64,000 nucleotides of DNA from positions 3,782,001-3,846,000 of the forward strand of contig OZ024756.1 in NCBI GenBank assembly GCA_964016885.1. The letters run 5' to 3'. Origin of the DNA: Eledone cirrhosa (Eukaryota). The notes under the pieces are model-generated. The model was not told the origin of the DNA. It was given only the letters and a program-made list of their open reading frames with translations, and made no database searches. Position 1 is the stretch's first letter; each line of letters begins with the position of its first letter. Position numbers and translations under genes: made by a program. This document shows positions 14,178 to 28,176 of this stretch, in pieces.

Positions 14178-14940
14178 TTCCCTTGCTTTTATCGAGAATC
14201 TCAAATTGTAATACTTGACGTATTCTATTCTATAGCGATTGGGTCTTCAAAATGTTTATTATAAACATACAGAATATTTTCGAATATTCTATGTTTGTCT
14301 TCATATATATATATATATAATGATATATATATATATATAATGATATATATATATATATAATGATATATATATATATATATATATATAATGATATATATAT
14401 ATATATAATGATATATATATATATATATATATATAATGATATATATATATATATATATATATAATGATATATATATATATATATATATATATAATGATAT
14501 ATATATATATATATATATAATGATATATATATATATATATATATATATAATGATATATATATATATATATATATATAATGATATATATATATATATATAT
14601 ATATATAATGATATATATATATATAATGATATATATATATAAATAAATATATTTATACGGGATTGAATTGGATGGGGTCGAGAACATCCCAGAGAAATTA
14701 TGCAAGGGGAAACAAAAGTGCTTTCGAAGTCCGAAGTCGGGAGAGTACCTCTTACAATTCAAGGGATTTATTTGGTCTTTAGGAATGACCATATGCGTAG
14801 CCCCTACTCTGCGGGCCAAGGGTCGAGTTACTACCTTATATAGACCGTACATATATCCCTATATTTCTGATGCTGGCCACATTCTTGACTGTTTCTACCG
14901 AGGCTCGTGTTGTTGTTGCTGTTGCTGTTGCTGTTGCTGG

Positions 14941-15535
14941 GGTGGGGGATTGACAGCAATCGGTAGAGCATCGGACAACATGCTTCGTGGCGTAGTGACG
15001 GCCCTTTACATTCTAAGTTCAAATCCTGCCGAGGTTAACTTTGCCTTTCATCATTACGGGTTCGATAAAATAGAGTACCAGTAATGCACTGAAGTCGAGT
15101 TAATCGGCTTTCCCCTCCCCCAAAATTGATGGCCTTCTACTTATATAATAACCCATTAACATTATTGTAGGAAACCATTATTATTGTTACCACCCAACAA
15201 TAATAATTGTTTCTACGTTTGGCACAAGACCAGCAATAATCCAGGACATTACTGGTACTTTACGGGTTCGATAAAATAAAGTACCAGTAATGTACTGGTT
15301 AATTGCTGGCCTTGTGCCAAACGTAGAAACAATTATTATTGTTGGACGGTGGATTGGCAGTATCGGTGGAGGGTCGGACGCCATGCTTTGACGCATAGAG
15401 TTACGGCCCTTGCCATTCCGAGTTCAAATCCTGACGAGATTAACTTTGCTTTTGATCCTTACGGGGCCAATAAAATAAAGTACCAGTAATAAACTGGAAT
15501 AATTTCTGGCCTTGTGCCAAAAGTAAAAACAATTA
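14941..15535 (+). mobile_element. Cluster of tRNA-derived SINE family 1: copies 14941-15140 and 15344-15535, with a palindromic pair of 3' halves at 15203-15335
   Basis: A box TGGCAGTATCGG, B box GTTCAAATCC, central GCCTTTCATCCTTACGGGGTCGATAAAATAAAGTACCAG (Meta-domain-like). Confidence 0.85.
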
Positions 15536-15874
15536 TTGTTGGAGTTGTTGGTTTTTTGGCCGTTGTTGTTGTTGTTGCCGTTGTTGTTGTTGTTGTTTTG
15601 GTTAGCAGTGGTTTTGAAGAAAGACGATAAGTCTGATGATGTATAACAGCTCAACTGGCTTCGGACAGATAAGTAGAGAGAGGCTAGACATTAGATTAGG
15701 GTTTCTAGAGGACCATCAGGGTGGTCCGCTGAGGGACGGGTGAGGTGGGGCAGTAGGATGTGTGGACAGGAGGGTGCGCGCGTGTCTGTATGAAAGAGAA
15801 AGAGAGAGGGAGATGGAATGTGAGCTTTAGCGAAACTGTTTAAGCTACAGGCGAATATGGATTCAGTGATAGAG

Positions 15875-16095
15875 TTAGTGACGCCGTTGATGGTGGTGAT
15901 AGAGGTGATAGAGGTGGTGATGATGCCGATGGTAATGATGAATATAATGGTGATGGTGATACTGATGGCGGTAATGGTGATAGTATTGATGATGATAATA
16001 ATGGTGCCGAAGTCAATGATGATGGTAATGAGGGTGATGGTGATAGAGGTGTAAGACGGTGATGAGGATGTTGGTGGGAATGATGATGATAGACG
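15875..16095. repeat. (GAT/GGT)n trinucleotide low-complexity tract
   Basis: Direct reading. Confidence 0.9.
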
Positions 16096-16274
16096 ATATA
16101 GTTGTGTTTAGTGTGTGTATTAATATCGCCTAATTGTGAGAAGGTCGGTTGTGAGGGTGACGGAGATGGAGGACAAGTCACATCTAAGTTCGTAGAGTTC
16201 ATCAAGGACACATTTTAGATTCTGTGTCAAGTTTTTATAAATAAGATGTTATTATATTACATTGAACTGATAGG

Positions 16275-16580
16275 GACATAGCACGACAGAATGGTAAACA
16301 GGTTCACTTCACAATCACAAGGTTCCGGGTTCAATACTACATTATGGTACCTTGAGCAAGTGTCATTTACCAAACCCTCGTATCAACAAAAACCTTGAAA
16401 GTAAAATTAGTTAAGACAGAAGCTGGATAACATCCATGAGCTTGGTTGGTCTCACATAAGGATCCAGTCGGTTGCTTTTGACAGGACCCGTTGGAAGGTA
16501 TATTTGAGGACTTTGTCCCCACGATCCTTTCAGGAATAAGTGGGCGAAGAAGGACAAGAATCTGTTTAGAAGCCCGTCAA
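16275..16580 (+). mobile_element. Diverged tRNA-SINE family 2 interrupted by an RTE-type 3' fragment (~16430-16555)
   Basis: GGTTCCGGGTTCAAT...CCTTGAGCAAGTGTC...AGAAGCCCGTC; insert resembles 37030-37145. Confidence 0.6.
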
Positions 16581-16759
16581 ATGGATTGTTTCTGTAATTG
16601 TAAAGTCGAGAATTAAGTTAAATGAGCATGTGTCTGTGGAATACTCAGCCACTTACAAATAAAGTTCGCTTAAATAACCCCCGAGCTTGTAGCATGATGG
16701 TTTCGATTATATTTACGATATTGTTCGATAGTTTGTTGCTTAAAGCATCATTATTTTTA

Positions 16760-16762
16760 TAC

Positions 16763-16810
<48 letters not shown>

Positions 16811-17271
16811 ATGTGTGCGTGTGTATATGTGTGTATATGTGTGTGTGTGTGTGTATATATGTATATGTGTGTGTATATGTGTATATATGTGTGTGTGTGT
16901 ATATGTATGTGTGTGTGTGTATGTGTGTGTATGTGCATATATGTGTGTCTGTATGTATGTGTGTGTGTATATATGTGTATATATGTGTGTGTGTATATAT
17001 GTATATATATGTGTGTGTGTATATATGTATATATATGTGTGTGTGTATATATGTATATATATGTGTGTGTGTATATATGTATATATGTGTGTGTGTATAT
17101 ATGTGTGTATGTATATATGTGTGTGTGTATATATGTGTGTGTGTATATATATGTATATATATGTGTGTGTGTATATATGTATATATATATATATATGTAA
17201 CCATGTGTGAGTATATATGTATGTGAGTATATATGTATGTGTGTATATATGTATGTTTGTATATGTGTGTG

Positions 17272-17307
<36 letters not shown>

Positions 17308-17325
17308 TATATACATACATACACG
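16760..17325. repeat. (TA)n/(TG)n compound microsatellite
   Basis: Direct reading. Confidence 0.95.
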
Positions 17326-17379
17326 CAAAGAAGTTGCCATCGACCACTATATATATATTATTTTATATATATATATATA

Positions 17380-17878
17380 TATCAACGAGAAATTGATTGA
17401 CATATATATATATTTAGAATAAACACATGAAACAATCGCGGGTATAATTTGTAAAGTGTCTAATCACACATAGCTAGGTCTGTAACTAATTAAAGTTTAA
17501 CTAGGGCATCAAATATTACCTTTTTAAAAAATAATTAATCATCCTTGTACGTATTTCATTAAAGAAATATATTTCACCATTAATCCGTAAAGTCACAGCA
17601 GTCGAATCCGAATCTTCAGCAAGGGAGAAGATTTAACTATCTGTGTTTACACAGATTTGACTACTGTGACGTTACGGATTAATGGTGAAATATATTTCCT
17701 TAATGAAATAAATAGAAGGATTAATAATTTTTTTAAAAAGGTAATATTTGAAGACCTAGTTAAACTATAATTAGTTACCTACCTAGCTATGTGTGATTAC
17801 AACTTTACAAATTATCCCCGCGATTGTTTCATATGTTTATTTTAAATATATATATGTCAATCAATTTCTAGTTGATAT
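17380..17878. repeat. Diverged fold-back inverted repeat (~230-bp arms)
   Basis: ATCAACGAGAAATTGATTGACATATA versus TATATGTCAATCAATTTCTAGTTGAT, with many arm mismatches. Confidence 0.9.
17543..17624 (-). ncRNA. Putative type I hammerhead with expanded domain II
   Basis: Minus strand: ccttg-CTGAAGA-(55 nt)-GAAA-tacg-TA-caagg; stem II pairing weak. Confidence 0.5.
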
Positions 17879-18004
17879 AAAATGCTCGATTCTATTCATT
17901 GGAATCTTTGAGCTAATTCTACGGTAGATACGGCGCATGTCTCGGTCATGACTCACTTAATTTAATTTAATTTAATTTAATTAATTTTGGACATATATAT
18001 ACAT

Positions 18005-18009
18005 GCATT

Positions 18010-18040
<31 letters not shown>

Positions 18041-19931
18041 ATATATATTATATATATATTATATATATTATATATATATTATATATATTATATTATATAT
18101 TATATTATATATTATATTATATATATATTATATATATATTATATTATATTATATATATATTATATATATATTATATATATTATATTATATATATATTATA
18201 ATATATATTATATTATATATATATTATATATATATTATTATATTATATATATTATTATATTATATATATTATTATATTATATATATATTATATTATATAT
18301 ATATTATATTATATATATATTATATTATATATATATTATATTATATTATATTATATACATATTATATTATGTTATATATTATATATATATTATATTATAT
18401 TATATATTATATATATATTATATTATATTATATTTATATTATATTATATTATATTATATATATATTATATTATTTATATTATATATATTATATTATATAT
18501 ATATTATATTATATAATATATAATATATTATATTATATATATATTATATTATATATTATATTATATATATATATTTTAATATATATATATATTATATTAT
18601 ATTTATTATATTATGTATTATATTATATATTTTAATATATATATATATTATATTGTATTTATTATATTATGTATTATATTATATATTTTAATATATATAT
18701 ATATATTATATTATATTTATTATATTATGTATTATATTATATATTTTAATATATATATATTATATTAAATTTATTATATTATGTATTATTATATATTTTA
18801 TATATATATATATATTATATTTATTATATTATGTATTATATTATATATTTTAATATATATATATTATATTATATTTATTATATTATGTATTATATTATAT
18901 ATTTTATATATATATATAAATATATATATATTATATTTATTATATTATGTATTATATTATATATTTTAATATATATATATTATATTTATTATATTATGTA
19001 TTATATTATATATTTTATATATATATATATATTATATTTATTATATTATGTATTATATTACATATTTTATATATATATATATATTATATTTATTATATTA
19101 TGTATTATATTATATATTTTATATATATATATATATATATTATATTTATTATATTATGTATTATATTATATGTTTTATATATATATATATATATTATATT
19201 TATTATATTATGTATTATATTATATATTTTATATATATATAAATATATATTTATGATATTATGTATTATATTATATATTTTATATATATATATATATAAT
19301 ATTTATTATGAGGGCGGTGGATTGGCAGTATCGGTAGAGGGTCGGACCCCATGTTTGCAGCACTGTTACGGACTGAGTTCAAATCCCGCTGTTGTTAACT
19401 TTGCCTTTCATCTTTACGGCGTCGATAAAATAAAGTACCAGTAATACACTGAGATAATTGCTCGCCTTGTACCAAAAGTAGAAGCAATTATATTTATTAT
19501 ATTATATATTTTATATATATTTATATATGAATTATATTATATATCATATTATGTATTTTATATATATATGAATATGTATATATATTATATATTTTATTAT
19601 GTTATATTATGTATTTTATATATATATATATATCATATTTATTATATTATACTATGGATTTTATATATATATATATATATATATATTATATTCATTATAT
19701 TATGTATTTTATATATATATATTATATTTATTATATTTATTATATTTATTATATTATGTATTATATATATATATATATTATATATTATATTATGTATTTT
19801 AGATATATATATATTATATTTATTATATTATATATTATATTATGTATTATATATTATATATTATATTATATATTTTATATATATAAATGTATATATATAT
19901 ATATATATATTATATTATATATTATATTATG

Positions 19932-19991
<60 letters not shown>

Positions 19992-20110
19992 ATTATATAT
20001 AATATTTATTGTATTATATATATTTTGTATATATATATATGTATATATATTATATTTATTATATTATATTTATTATATAATATATTATTTTACATATTTT
20101 ATATATATAT
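18005..20110. repeat. AT-only low-complexity/minisatellite (TATTATATTATGTATTATATT units)
   Basis: Direct reading. Confidence 0.95.
19312..19490 (+). mobile_element. tRNA-SINE family 1
   Basis: GGCGGTGGATTGGCAGTATCGG...GTAGAAGCAATTA. Confidence 0.88.
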
Positions 20111-20577
20111 AAAACCGCAGATCAAATTCTTATTATTAGTACAAATTAAATTATTATCATGTTTGTGCTTTCTCCCTATGCGAATTTCGCGCGGTTATTA
20201 TATAGAGGGCAATCCCCAAAGTAAGGTCTCTTTCCGAGGAAAACATGCGTAAAGATCGGTGGATTACTCTGGATGCTCTCTGTATTTTGGTTCCTGAGGT
20301 TTCCCGAAGCACCATCCACAGAAATTTAACGGAAAAGTTGCAATATCGGAAGGAGACCTTACTTTTGCGATTGCCCTCGTATAATAGATGAGATTTGGGC
20401 TTTGCTTGTTTAAGAGATCTGATGAGCAGAACGGGCTGGAGTCGTGTTTCTAGCATTTACATAGATCTTGAGTCACCCTTCAGTGAAACGGTCGTAACTG
20501 TGTGTCATCAATAAAGATCTTAATGTGATACCTCATTTTTTCATATATATATATATATATATAAATATATATAAATA

Positions 20578-20730
20578 TAAATTCAGCGAGAATCGTATTT
20601 CGGCGGGTAGAAATAAGCGAAACGCAATTTCCGATTTATGTTGGCAAGCGCTCCATGGACCAAAAGAGACCAGAGCAATAAACATATGTCATAAAGGCCA
20701 TAGAAACTGAGACGGCGGTTAAGAATCTAT
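20578..20730 (+). repeat. ~150-bp dispersed repeat; inverted relative at 33985-34141
   Basis: TTCAGCGAGAATCGTATTTCGGC...GCGAAACGCAATTT...GCAAGCGCTCCATGGAC shared. Confidence 0.75.
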
Positions 20731-20741
20731 CAACCACCTAA

Positions 20742-20780
<39 letters not shown>

Positions 20781-21456
20781 ATTCTATAGACATGATTTAT
20801 GATATATTGCTCTGATTATTTAATTTATTAATTCTTCATAGAGCCACAAAGTGACCGGTTGTAACATATATAACTTTATGTATATGTGAACCTTTATATT
20901 TAATAATTTCCCGTTATGTTGAGATGCAATTTGGCGATATTTGGCTGCGCTTTCTAGCAACAAGCCTACCCGCCGTAAGCAACCAATCACATTCTTTCCA
21001 ACTTGACCACGGCCATATTGTGATTCTAAGCCATTTTCGAATCTAATTTTGGCGCGATCGCTTTGGAATACTAAGTGTCTATTTTTGAGTTTGTCTCCTG
21101 ATGAATCCGAACTCTGTGGATTTCCTATTAATTGGATATCTAAAAATACGGATGAAACCATGGTAGAGATATAGTTACGCTATGTACACATTTCTTCTAA
21201 GTTTGAATTTACACCTAATTGTGCATGGTTGATTGTATATTTGGTCAGTTTCTACATGCTGTCGAAATGTTGAATAAATACTCTATTGAGGCCACCGCGA
21301 AGAGGCCACTTTCGTTTGTTTGCCGGAGATTTCTTCATAGGAGCCTTTATCCTTATAGCTTGGTCTAATTGATTTTTTATATGGTTAATTATGCTGATTG
21401 GCAGAGGAAATGATATATATTTTATTTATCTAATAATTCTATAGACATGATTTATG

Positions 21457-21491
<35 letters not shown>

Positions 21492-21608
21492 TATAAATAA
21501 ATATAGCGTTCGATGGCAACTTCTTTTTCCGTCTACTTTATAAGTCATTTCATAACATCTTCGTGCATGAGCACGTGATTCGGTATATATATATCTATAT
21601 ATAAATGT

Positions 21609-22103
21609 TCGTGGTAAAAGGTCAGTTGGAAAACAAAAACGATTTTAGTTATGTTTATTTTTCAACATATGCTCCATCTAGGTCAATACACTTCTGCAAA
21701 AAGGACCATGTGATATATATCACTTCAAAGTAGCTTTTATTAAATTTTCAACTGGGGATCATCTTCAAATTCATCTCTTCCTCTTCTAAAACGACATGTC
21801 ATCTTGTAGGCTGTTGATTTCTTTGGTGACATTGACACCCTGGAGCAAGTTTATGGGGACAATGATTTGGCTGGTCTTCCACCCTAGTTTTACCATTAAT
21901 TTGATGTTTTGATTGAGGCCATGTTGCTCGAGCGGGTTCTGACTTCCGACTGGCGGCGCCGCGTCGCAACACGCATTTAAGGGTTCATGCTCGAACATGT
22001 TATGTCACGCTAATATGAGAACGTACAGGTGTATTGTGATCAGAATCACTGCATATTATTTTTAGCTATGTACTTTTTCAACGAACTTTTTGAAGCCCTC
22101 TCG
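21609..22103 (-). mobile_element. Mariner (Hsmar2/irritans-like) internally deleted remnant
   Basis: TIR TA|CGAGAGGGCTTCAAAAAGTTCGTTGAAAA at right end; transposase N-terminus NIKLMVKLGWKTSQII on the minus strand. Confidence 0.8.
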
Positions 22104-22446
22104 TATATATACCAAAGATAAAACTATTGCTCTATTTACATGTAGAGAACTATATTTGGAGTGTATATGATGGCGAAATAGTTGGGGCTACCATACTGAA
22201 ATGTAACCACATGAGGCTTGCATCTTGTCGGGATGTTGCTTTCATTTGCTTATACTACTTCTGACGACATATTGCATCCTTCTATACACATATTGCATAC
22301 AAATAACAAATATATTTCGTCCTCTTAAGCTGTTTAGTTTTCGCTAGCTGATTGCAATGCCGAAACTATTGGAAAGCAATAAATCACCTAAGAACTATAT
22401 TCTGTCACTGACTCTTTATATATATATATTTATATATATATATTTA

Positions 22447-22489
<43 letters not shown>

Positions 22490-22513
22490 AATTATGACCC
22501 CGACGGCATATAT

Positions 22514-22700
22514 TGAAAAAATGAAATTTCATTTCTCACTCTTAGTACGGCTGATACTTAAATATAAGTATGTATACTTATACATATATGTATACAGACG
22601 TACAGTAGTATATATATATATACATACATACATGCACACATATATACATGTACGTATGGGTTTACCGAACATTTATTATAATGCTCGGTTTGTTTGTTTA
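22514..22700 (-). mobile_element. Diverged partial copy of the 479-bp family (3' part, no HHR)
   Basis: TTGAAAAAATGAAATTTCATTTCTCACTCTTAGTA...TTTATTATAATGCTCGGTTTGTTTG. Confidence 0.85.
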
Positions 22701-22716
22701 TGAAAAGTGTTAGAAT

Positions 22717-22900
22717 CCTGACGGCTAAGCTCCGGCCGTTTTGACAGCTAGGTCCGAACAGTTCGGCTCTAGCTGTCGAAACGGCTGGAGCTCACCTGTC
22801 GGGGTCCTGGCTCTTTTCATATTAGCCTCTCTACTACTCTAAGTATCGAGTACTCACGTGCGTTATGGTCCATCTGGCGTCTTACCACACTTTCTTTGTA
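22717..22900 (+). mobile_element. Dispersed repeat family C with fold-back 5' end; other copies 28197-28400, 29861-30010, 45088-45388, 46058-46230, 53965-54070, 57678-57816
   Basis: Shared GAAACGGCTGGAGCTCAGCCGTCGGGGTC...CTAAGTATCGAGTACTCTGGTGAGTTATGGTCC...TACCACAC. Confidence 0.8.
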
Positions 22901-23000
22901 ATATATGTGTGTGTGAAAACACGCACACCTATTGTCTGTTCATTCAGTTAATGTTTGGATGTTAAATGTAAACTTGTACATAAAAACTTCTCTCTCCCCC

Positions 23001-23053
<53 letters not shown>

Positions 23054-23339
23054 TTAAAATTTTGTTTGCTCAGAACACTCCCTGAAACATAAGTTTACTT
23101 GGTGAGGAGGGTGATTTTGGACACCCTGCAGGACAAAGAAAAAACCCGACAAAGGGCGGAAGAACTCATAAGAGTCAATGGCCATCCAAAAGCGTGTAAA
23201 TATGTATATACACATGTACATATGTATGTATATGTACATGGGGGCATGTGTATATATATGCGCGGGACATAGAAATAGTCGGGCTGGACACCCGATCGCG
23301 TGGTTAAACCACTGGGAATGAAGAACCCCTAGCCTTTGT

Positions 23340-23530
23340 CAGGGCATTCTTCTAGAAGAAGGCAACTCAGGAAACTGGGATAACTCCGATATAAAATCTG
23401 CGGCTCAGTAGTAACCGATGATGTTGATCTTTTCTTCTTTTCGGGTTATAGCTACTATGGAGTGGGATTGGCTCAGTGCACAGTCTTTCCTCACTTTAAA
23501 AAATATCTTCATGCACAGGCATTGCACGAT
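23340..23530 (+). repeat. Diverged dispersed repeat, inverted relative at 60370-60540 (possibly LINE 5' UTR)
   Basis: GATGTTGATCTTTTCTTCTTTT...GAGTGGGATTGGCTCAGTGCACAG...GCACAGGCATTGC. Confidence 0.6.
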
Positions 23531-23659
23531 AGGCTTAATTAAGAAATATTAATAATGGTATATCGTGCAATGGCCATACTCGATAACGAAGGGGCAGCCA
23601 TTATATATATATATATACATATATACACACACAACACACCACACCACACCACACACACA

Positions 23660-23797
23660 TACAGTTCCCGCTTCCTAAATTTACCATTGCCCAATTTGAG
23701 GCTATAGTCAAAGAGTTGCCAACAATGCCTCGCATTGGAATTGAACCCCGATTTACTTGGTTGCAAAGGCAACTCCTTAACCCCACAGACATGTCTA
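23660..23797 (-). mobile_element. tRNA-SINE family 2 (diverged)
   Basis: Minus strand: CATGTCTGTGGGGTTAAG...GGGTTCAATTCC...AATTTAGGAAGCGGGAACTG. Confidence 0.6.
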
Positions 23798-23969
23798 TAG
23801 ATAAATAGTTGTTAGTCCTTTTGAAAGAAACTGTTTTATTATTCTTAATGGTTATCTAGACTGCTTGGAGCTCTGTTTGCGCAGGTGATAATGAAGCCAT
23901 GAACGTTACAAATACTTATTTATATACGCTAATCCGCACAAATACACACACACACATACGCCCCCCCCC

Positions 23970-24005
<36 letters not shown>

Positions 24006-25142
24006 TTATACGCATATTCATGTATATAATGAAGTATATTTATTTAAGATGACATGTATATATTTGCATAAATATCCATAAATATTTATGTATATGAAAA
24101 TATGTACTTTTAATCAGATATATAAATATAAATGTCAGTTTGAGACACCCATTTAAATTTATATTGTCCATCCATGCATAAAAATATATGAGTTATTGAA
24201 AATCACCAAGATTTTATAAATTGTCTGAAGGATGTATCCGTTCTGTATCCTTCACAATTGAATATGTGTTTGATTCACGTACTGTAGAAAATATACTATC
24301 CAGCCAACAGGTGCATAGAAACACATTTGTTTAGATTTGTGCAAGTTTCGCCCAACGTATATTACATATAGACGTCAAACGGTATATGTAATTGACGTTG
24401 ATTACTTTAGCGTAAAGGATCATGTTGTTTTTGGTGACTGCTTCTACACTGGTGTCAGAATTAGTTAATATTTATTAGCGTTCGTTTTAAATGATGAGAA
24501 TAGCTTGAATTGTGTCAGTGTTGTAAATAAATATATCAGGTAGATCCGTTTAATGATACATCAAGACGGAGTTATTCTTCAAATAAAGGAGGTAGGGTGT
24601 GTATCTGTTGTAAAATTAACTTTGTTGAATAATCAACAAACCATATAACTCATTGTTTATATATTGTTGCTTTAGCTGGAGAATCAGAGTGGAGAGAGAG
24701 GCACTGCACCCCAGTAAATTTACTGAAAGGTGGGTGAATGTGGCAAAAATGGCCCGAGTGATTGCGCCTTCTCTGTATATAAACCTGTAGATTGAAGAAG
24801 AGAGCAAGAAAGGAGCACTTGCACAACACGCCCCTGAAGTTGAGGGTCGTTCTATCGACGGGGTATTAAACAACACATTTATGGCACCTCCCCGCTATTG
24901 GGGATTTCGATTGTTTAATTTGTTTATTTCAATATTTTTACACGATTGTATGTACAATCCCCGGCATGTCTCCTTTTATTGTCCCCTTTTCTTGTGCGCC
25001 CGTGTGACAAATATAGAAATATATATTGTCGCAAAATGCTGTCTAACTTTTAAAGGAAATAAACTTCGTTTAGGAACACAACACTATGGTAAAGGACGTG
25101 CGTCTACATGCGAGAGCACAGATACGTAAATATGGAATGTTA

Positions 25143-25362
25143 CGCGATGGGCCACACCCCCCAACACAGCCTCGGCGGACAGGATGGAGAATGCGTTCCC
25201 CCGAAGGACGGCAAGGGAGACGCGCTGGAAAAGCCACTCCAAGACTTCTGGTGTCCTCGGTCCTAGGGCTACCTCCCTACTTACCACTCCACTCCAACAG
25301 CCCAGTGCCTATGGTGGTGAGTAGGGAGGTAGCCCTAGGACCGAGGACACCAGAAGTCTCCA
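25143..25362 (-). mobile_element. CRE-like non-LTR retrotransposon 3' fragment with internal inverted duplication
   Basis: EWLFQRVSLAVLRGNAFSIL; 25243-25290 is the inverse of 25313-25360. Confidence 0.75.
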
Positions 25363-25447
25363 GGGGTTAATTTGTGTTTTCTAATTTAAGCAACTTTGTT
25401 TTCATTCTATATTTTTCTGTAGCTTATACAATTTCACATGTGAACGC

Positions 25448-25613
25448 TGTATGACAGAATGGTTATAAGTTCCTTTCCAGAGTCATTATGTCTCGTGTCC
25501 TATACTCACAGCTCAGATCTTGGGCAAATAACATTTACCATAACTTAGTGTTAACTAATGCCTCGGAATGAAATTTGGTAGACGGAAACTGTTTGACTTT
25601 TGGAAGCCCGTCG
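25448..25613 (+). mobile_element. tRNA-SINE family 2 (diverged)
   Basis: ...CTTGGGCAAAT...GAAATTTGGTAGACGGAAACTG...GAAGCCCGTCG. Confidence 0.6.
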
Positions 25614-25635
25614 GATTGATTGTATTATTTTGTAG

Positions 25636-25716
25636 ATGTGTGTGTGTGTGTGTGTGTGTCTCTCTCTCTCTCTCTCCCTCTCTCTCTCTCTATGTGTCTA
25701 TATATATATATATATA

Positions 25717-25795
<79 letters not shown>

Positions 25796-26590
25796 CTATA
25801 TATATATATATATATATGTGTGTGTCTATATATATATATGTGTCTATATATATATGTGTGTGTCTATATATATATATATGTGTGTGTCTATATATATGTG
25901 TGTGTGTCTATATATGTGTGTGTGTGTCTATATATATATATATATGTGTGTCTATATATATATGTGTGTGTGTGTCTATATATATATATATATATGTGTG
26001 TCTATATATATATGTGTCTATATATATATGTCTATATATATATATATATGTGTGTGTCTATATATATATATATGTGTGTGTCTATATATATATGTGTGTG
26101 TGTGTCTATATATATATGTGTGTGTGTGTGTCTATATATATATATGTGTGTGTGTCTATATATATATGTGTGTGTGTGTCTATATATATATGTGTGTGTG
26201 TGTCTATATATATATATGTGTGTCTATATATATGTGTGTGTCTATATATGTGTGTCTATATATATATGTGTGTGTCTATATATATATGTGTCTCTCTATA
26301 TATATGTGTGTGTATATATATATATGTGTGTGTCTATATATATGTGTGTGTGTCTATATATATATATGTGTGTCTATATATATATATGTCTATATATATG
26401 TGTGTGTCTATATATGTGTGTGTCTATATATATGTGTGTGTCTATATATATATGTGTGTGTGTGTCTATATATATATATCTATATATATATATGTGTGTC
26501 TGTATATATATGTGTGTGTCTATATATGTATAAGTGTGTATATATATGTGTGTCTATATATATGTGTGTATATTTATATATATATATTTA
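25636..26590. repeat. (TG)nTC(TA)n compound microsatellite
   Basis: Direct reading. Confidence 0.95.
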
Positions 26591-26872
26591 TATCCCCTGG
26601 TTAGCCTTTTATCTCACGGAGTTCTATCTATACCCAAAGGTGCTCCAGCCATGACCAATCTCTTAGGTAGATTTCACAAAGGACAACATAAAGTATCCCT
26701 CTTTTCTAAGATTACAGAGTGTAATCTGAGAGATGTGGCTGTTATTTCTAATGACGAAGTAAACGCTCTTTCACGACTATTAATAAACATTTTCTTTTTC
26801 TTTTTAGTTTTCTATTATGTTCTTGACTTCACATATGTTATGTGTAGAGTGGATATTTATATCATTATATAT

Positions 26873-27043
26873 GGATTGGCAGTATTGTTAGAGGTTGCTT
26901 TGTGGCATAGAATTACGTCCCTTTACGGTCTGAGTTCAAATCCTGCCGAGGTTAACTTTGCCTTTCATCCTTACGAGGTCGATAAAATAAAGCACCAGTA
27001 ATGCACTGGAGTAATTGCTGGCCTTGTGCCAAAAGTAGAAACA
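26873..27043 (+). mobile_element. tRNA-SINE family 1
   Basis: Same consensus as 19312. Confidence 0.85.
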
Positions 27044-27049
27044 TTTATT

Positions 27050-27084
<35 letters not shown>

Positions 27085-27092
27085 ATGTATAA

Positions 27093-27136
<44 letters not shown>

Positions 27137-27832
27137 TCAAATCACACACACACACACACACACACACTTCTCTCTCACATTCAAATCACACACACACTGA
27201 CACACACACACACACACTTCTCTCTCTCTCACATTCAAATCACACACACACTGACACACACAACACACACACAACACACACACAACACACACACACACAC
27301 ACACACTTCTTCTCTCTCTCTCACATTCAAATCACACACACACTGACACACACACACACACTTCTCTCTCACACATTCAAATCACACACACACTGACACA
27401 CACAACACACACATCTCTAAGCCAGTTATTGGAGTCACTAATGAACAAGAATAACAAATGTGCAATGAGAAAATAAGGATCCCCCCCTTTCTTCCCTTAT
27501 TTACTTGTTGACCTCACTAAAACTTTATCAAGTGACATTTATAGCTAATTGGCCCAGCAGGTAGAAAGTTCAAACCTAGAGAGATGTAGGGACTCTCTGG
27601 GGGGATTTGGATGGGGTTATGTTTTATTTCATTTCTTTGACAAAGGGGGGGGGGAGAAAGAAAGAGAGAGAGTCCTTGGTTTACCATATATATTTACTCT
27701 CCAGCCTCGTCTCTAACTTTCTCATAGGCGTAGCATTTACATACAGCTTTTCTTGGCCATTTTAAGCTTGGTGTATCCCATTCTTCTCCAGGCATGAGAT
27801 TAGCAGATTTCTTCCAGAGAGAGGAAGAATCC

Positions 27833-28176
27833 ACCCCAGTACTAGACTGATACTTTTTTATCGACCTCGACAGGATGAAAGGCAAAGTTGACCTCGGCGG
27901 GATTTGACCTCAGAGAGCAGAGACCTGGAACGAATACCATAAAGCATTCTATCCGACGTTCTCTCTCTCTCTATATATATATATATATAACTGTTTCTAC
28001 TTTTGGCACAAGGCCAGCAATTACCCAGTGCATTACTGGTACTTTATTTTATCGACCCCGTAAGGATGAAAGGCAAAGTCAACCTCGGCGGGATTTGAAC
28101 TCAGATCGTAAAGGGACGTAACTATGCTGGAAAGCATGGCGTCCGACCCTCTACCGATACTGCCAATCCACCGCCC
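27833..28176 (-). mobile_element. Two tRNA-SINE family 1 copies (27833-27960 older variant; 27989-28176)
   Basis: Reverse-complement consensus. Confidence 0.85.

Larger units (their letters stand above)
13075..14303. mobile_element. 312-bp HHR-bearing tandem repeat (retrozyme-like/pLTR-like): ~1.4 units minus, then ~2.6 units plus
   Basis: CATTGGATATGTAATCC at 13501, 13813, 14125 (period 312); 13075-13496 is the reverse complement. Confidence 0.9.

Noticed and set aside
20415-20500. CTGATGAG as an HHR core
   Set aside because: No correctly placed GAAA or stem I partner
21095-21130. CTGATGA-atcc/ggat hairpin
   Set aside because: Followed by TTCC, not GAAA
20820-21161. 113-aa minus ORF as a Penelope GIY-YIG fragment
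   Set aside because: No GIY-YIG or RT motifs recognisable
24670-24735. Possible small exon (tttag...AAAG|gtgggt)
   Set aside because: No recognisable homology or partner exons; needs RNA-seq
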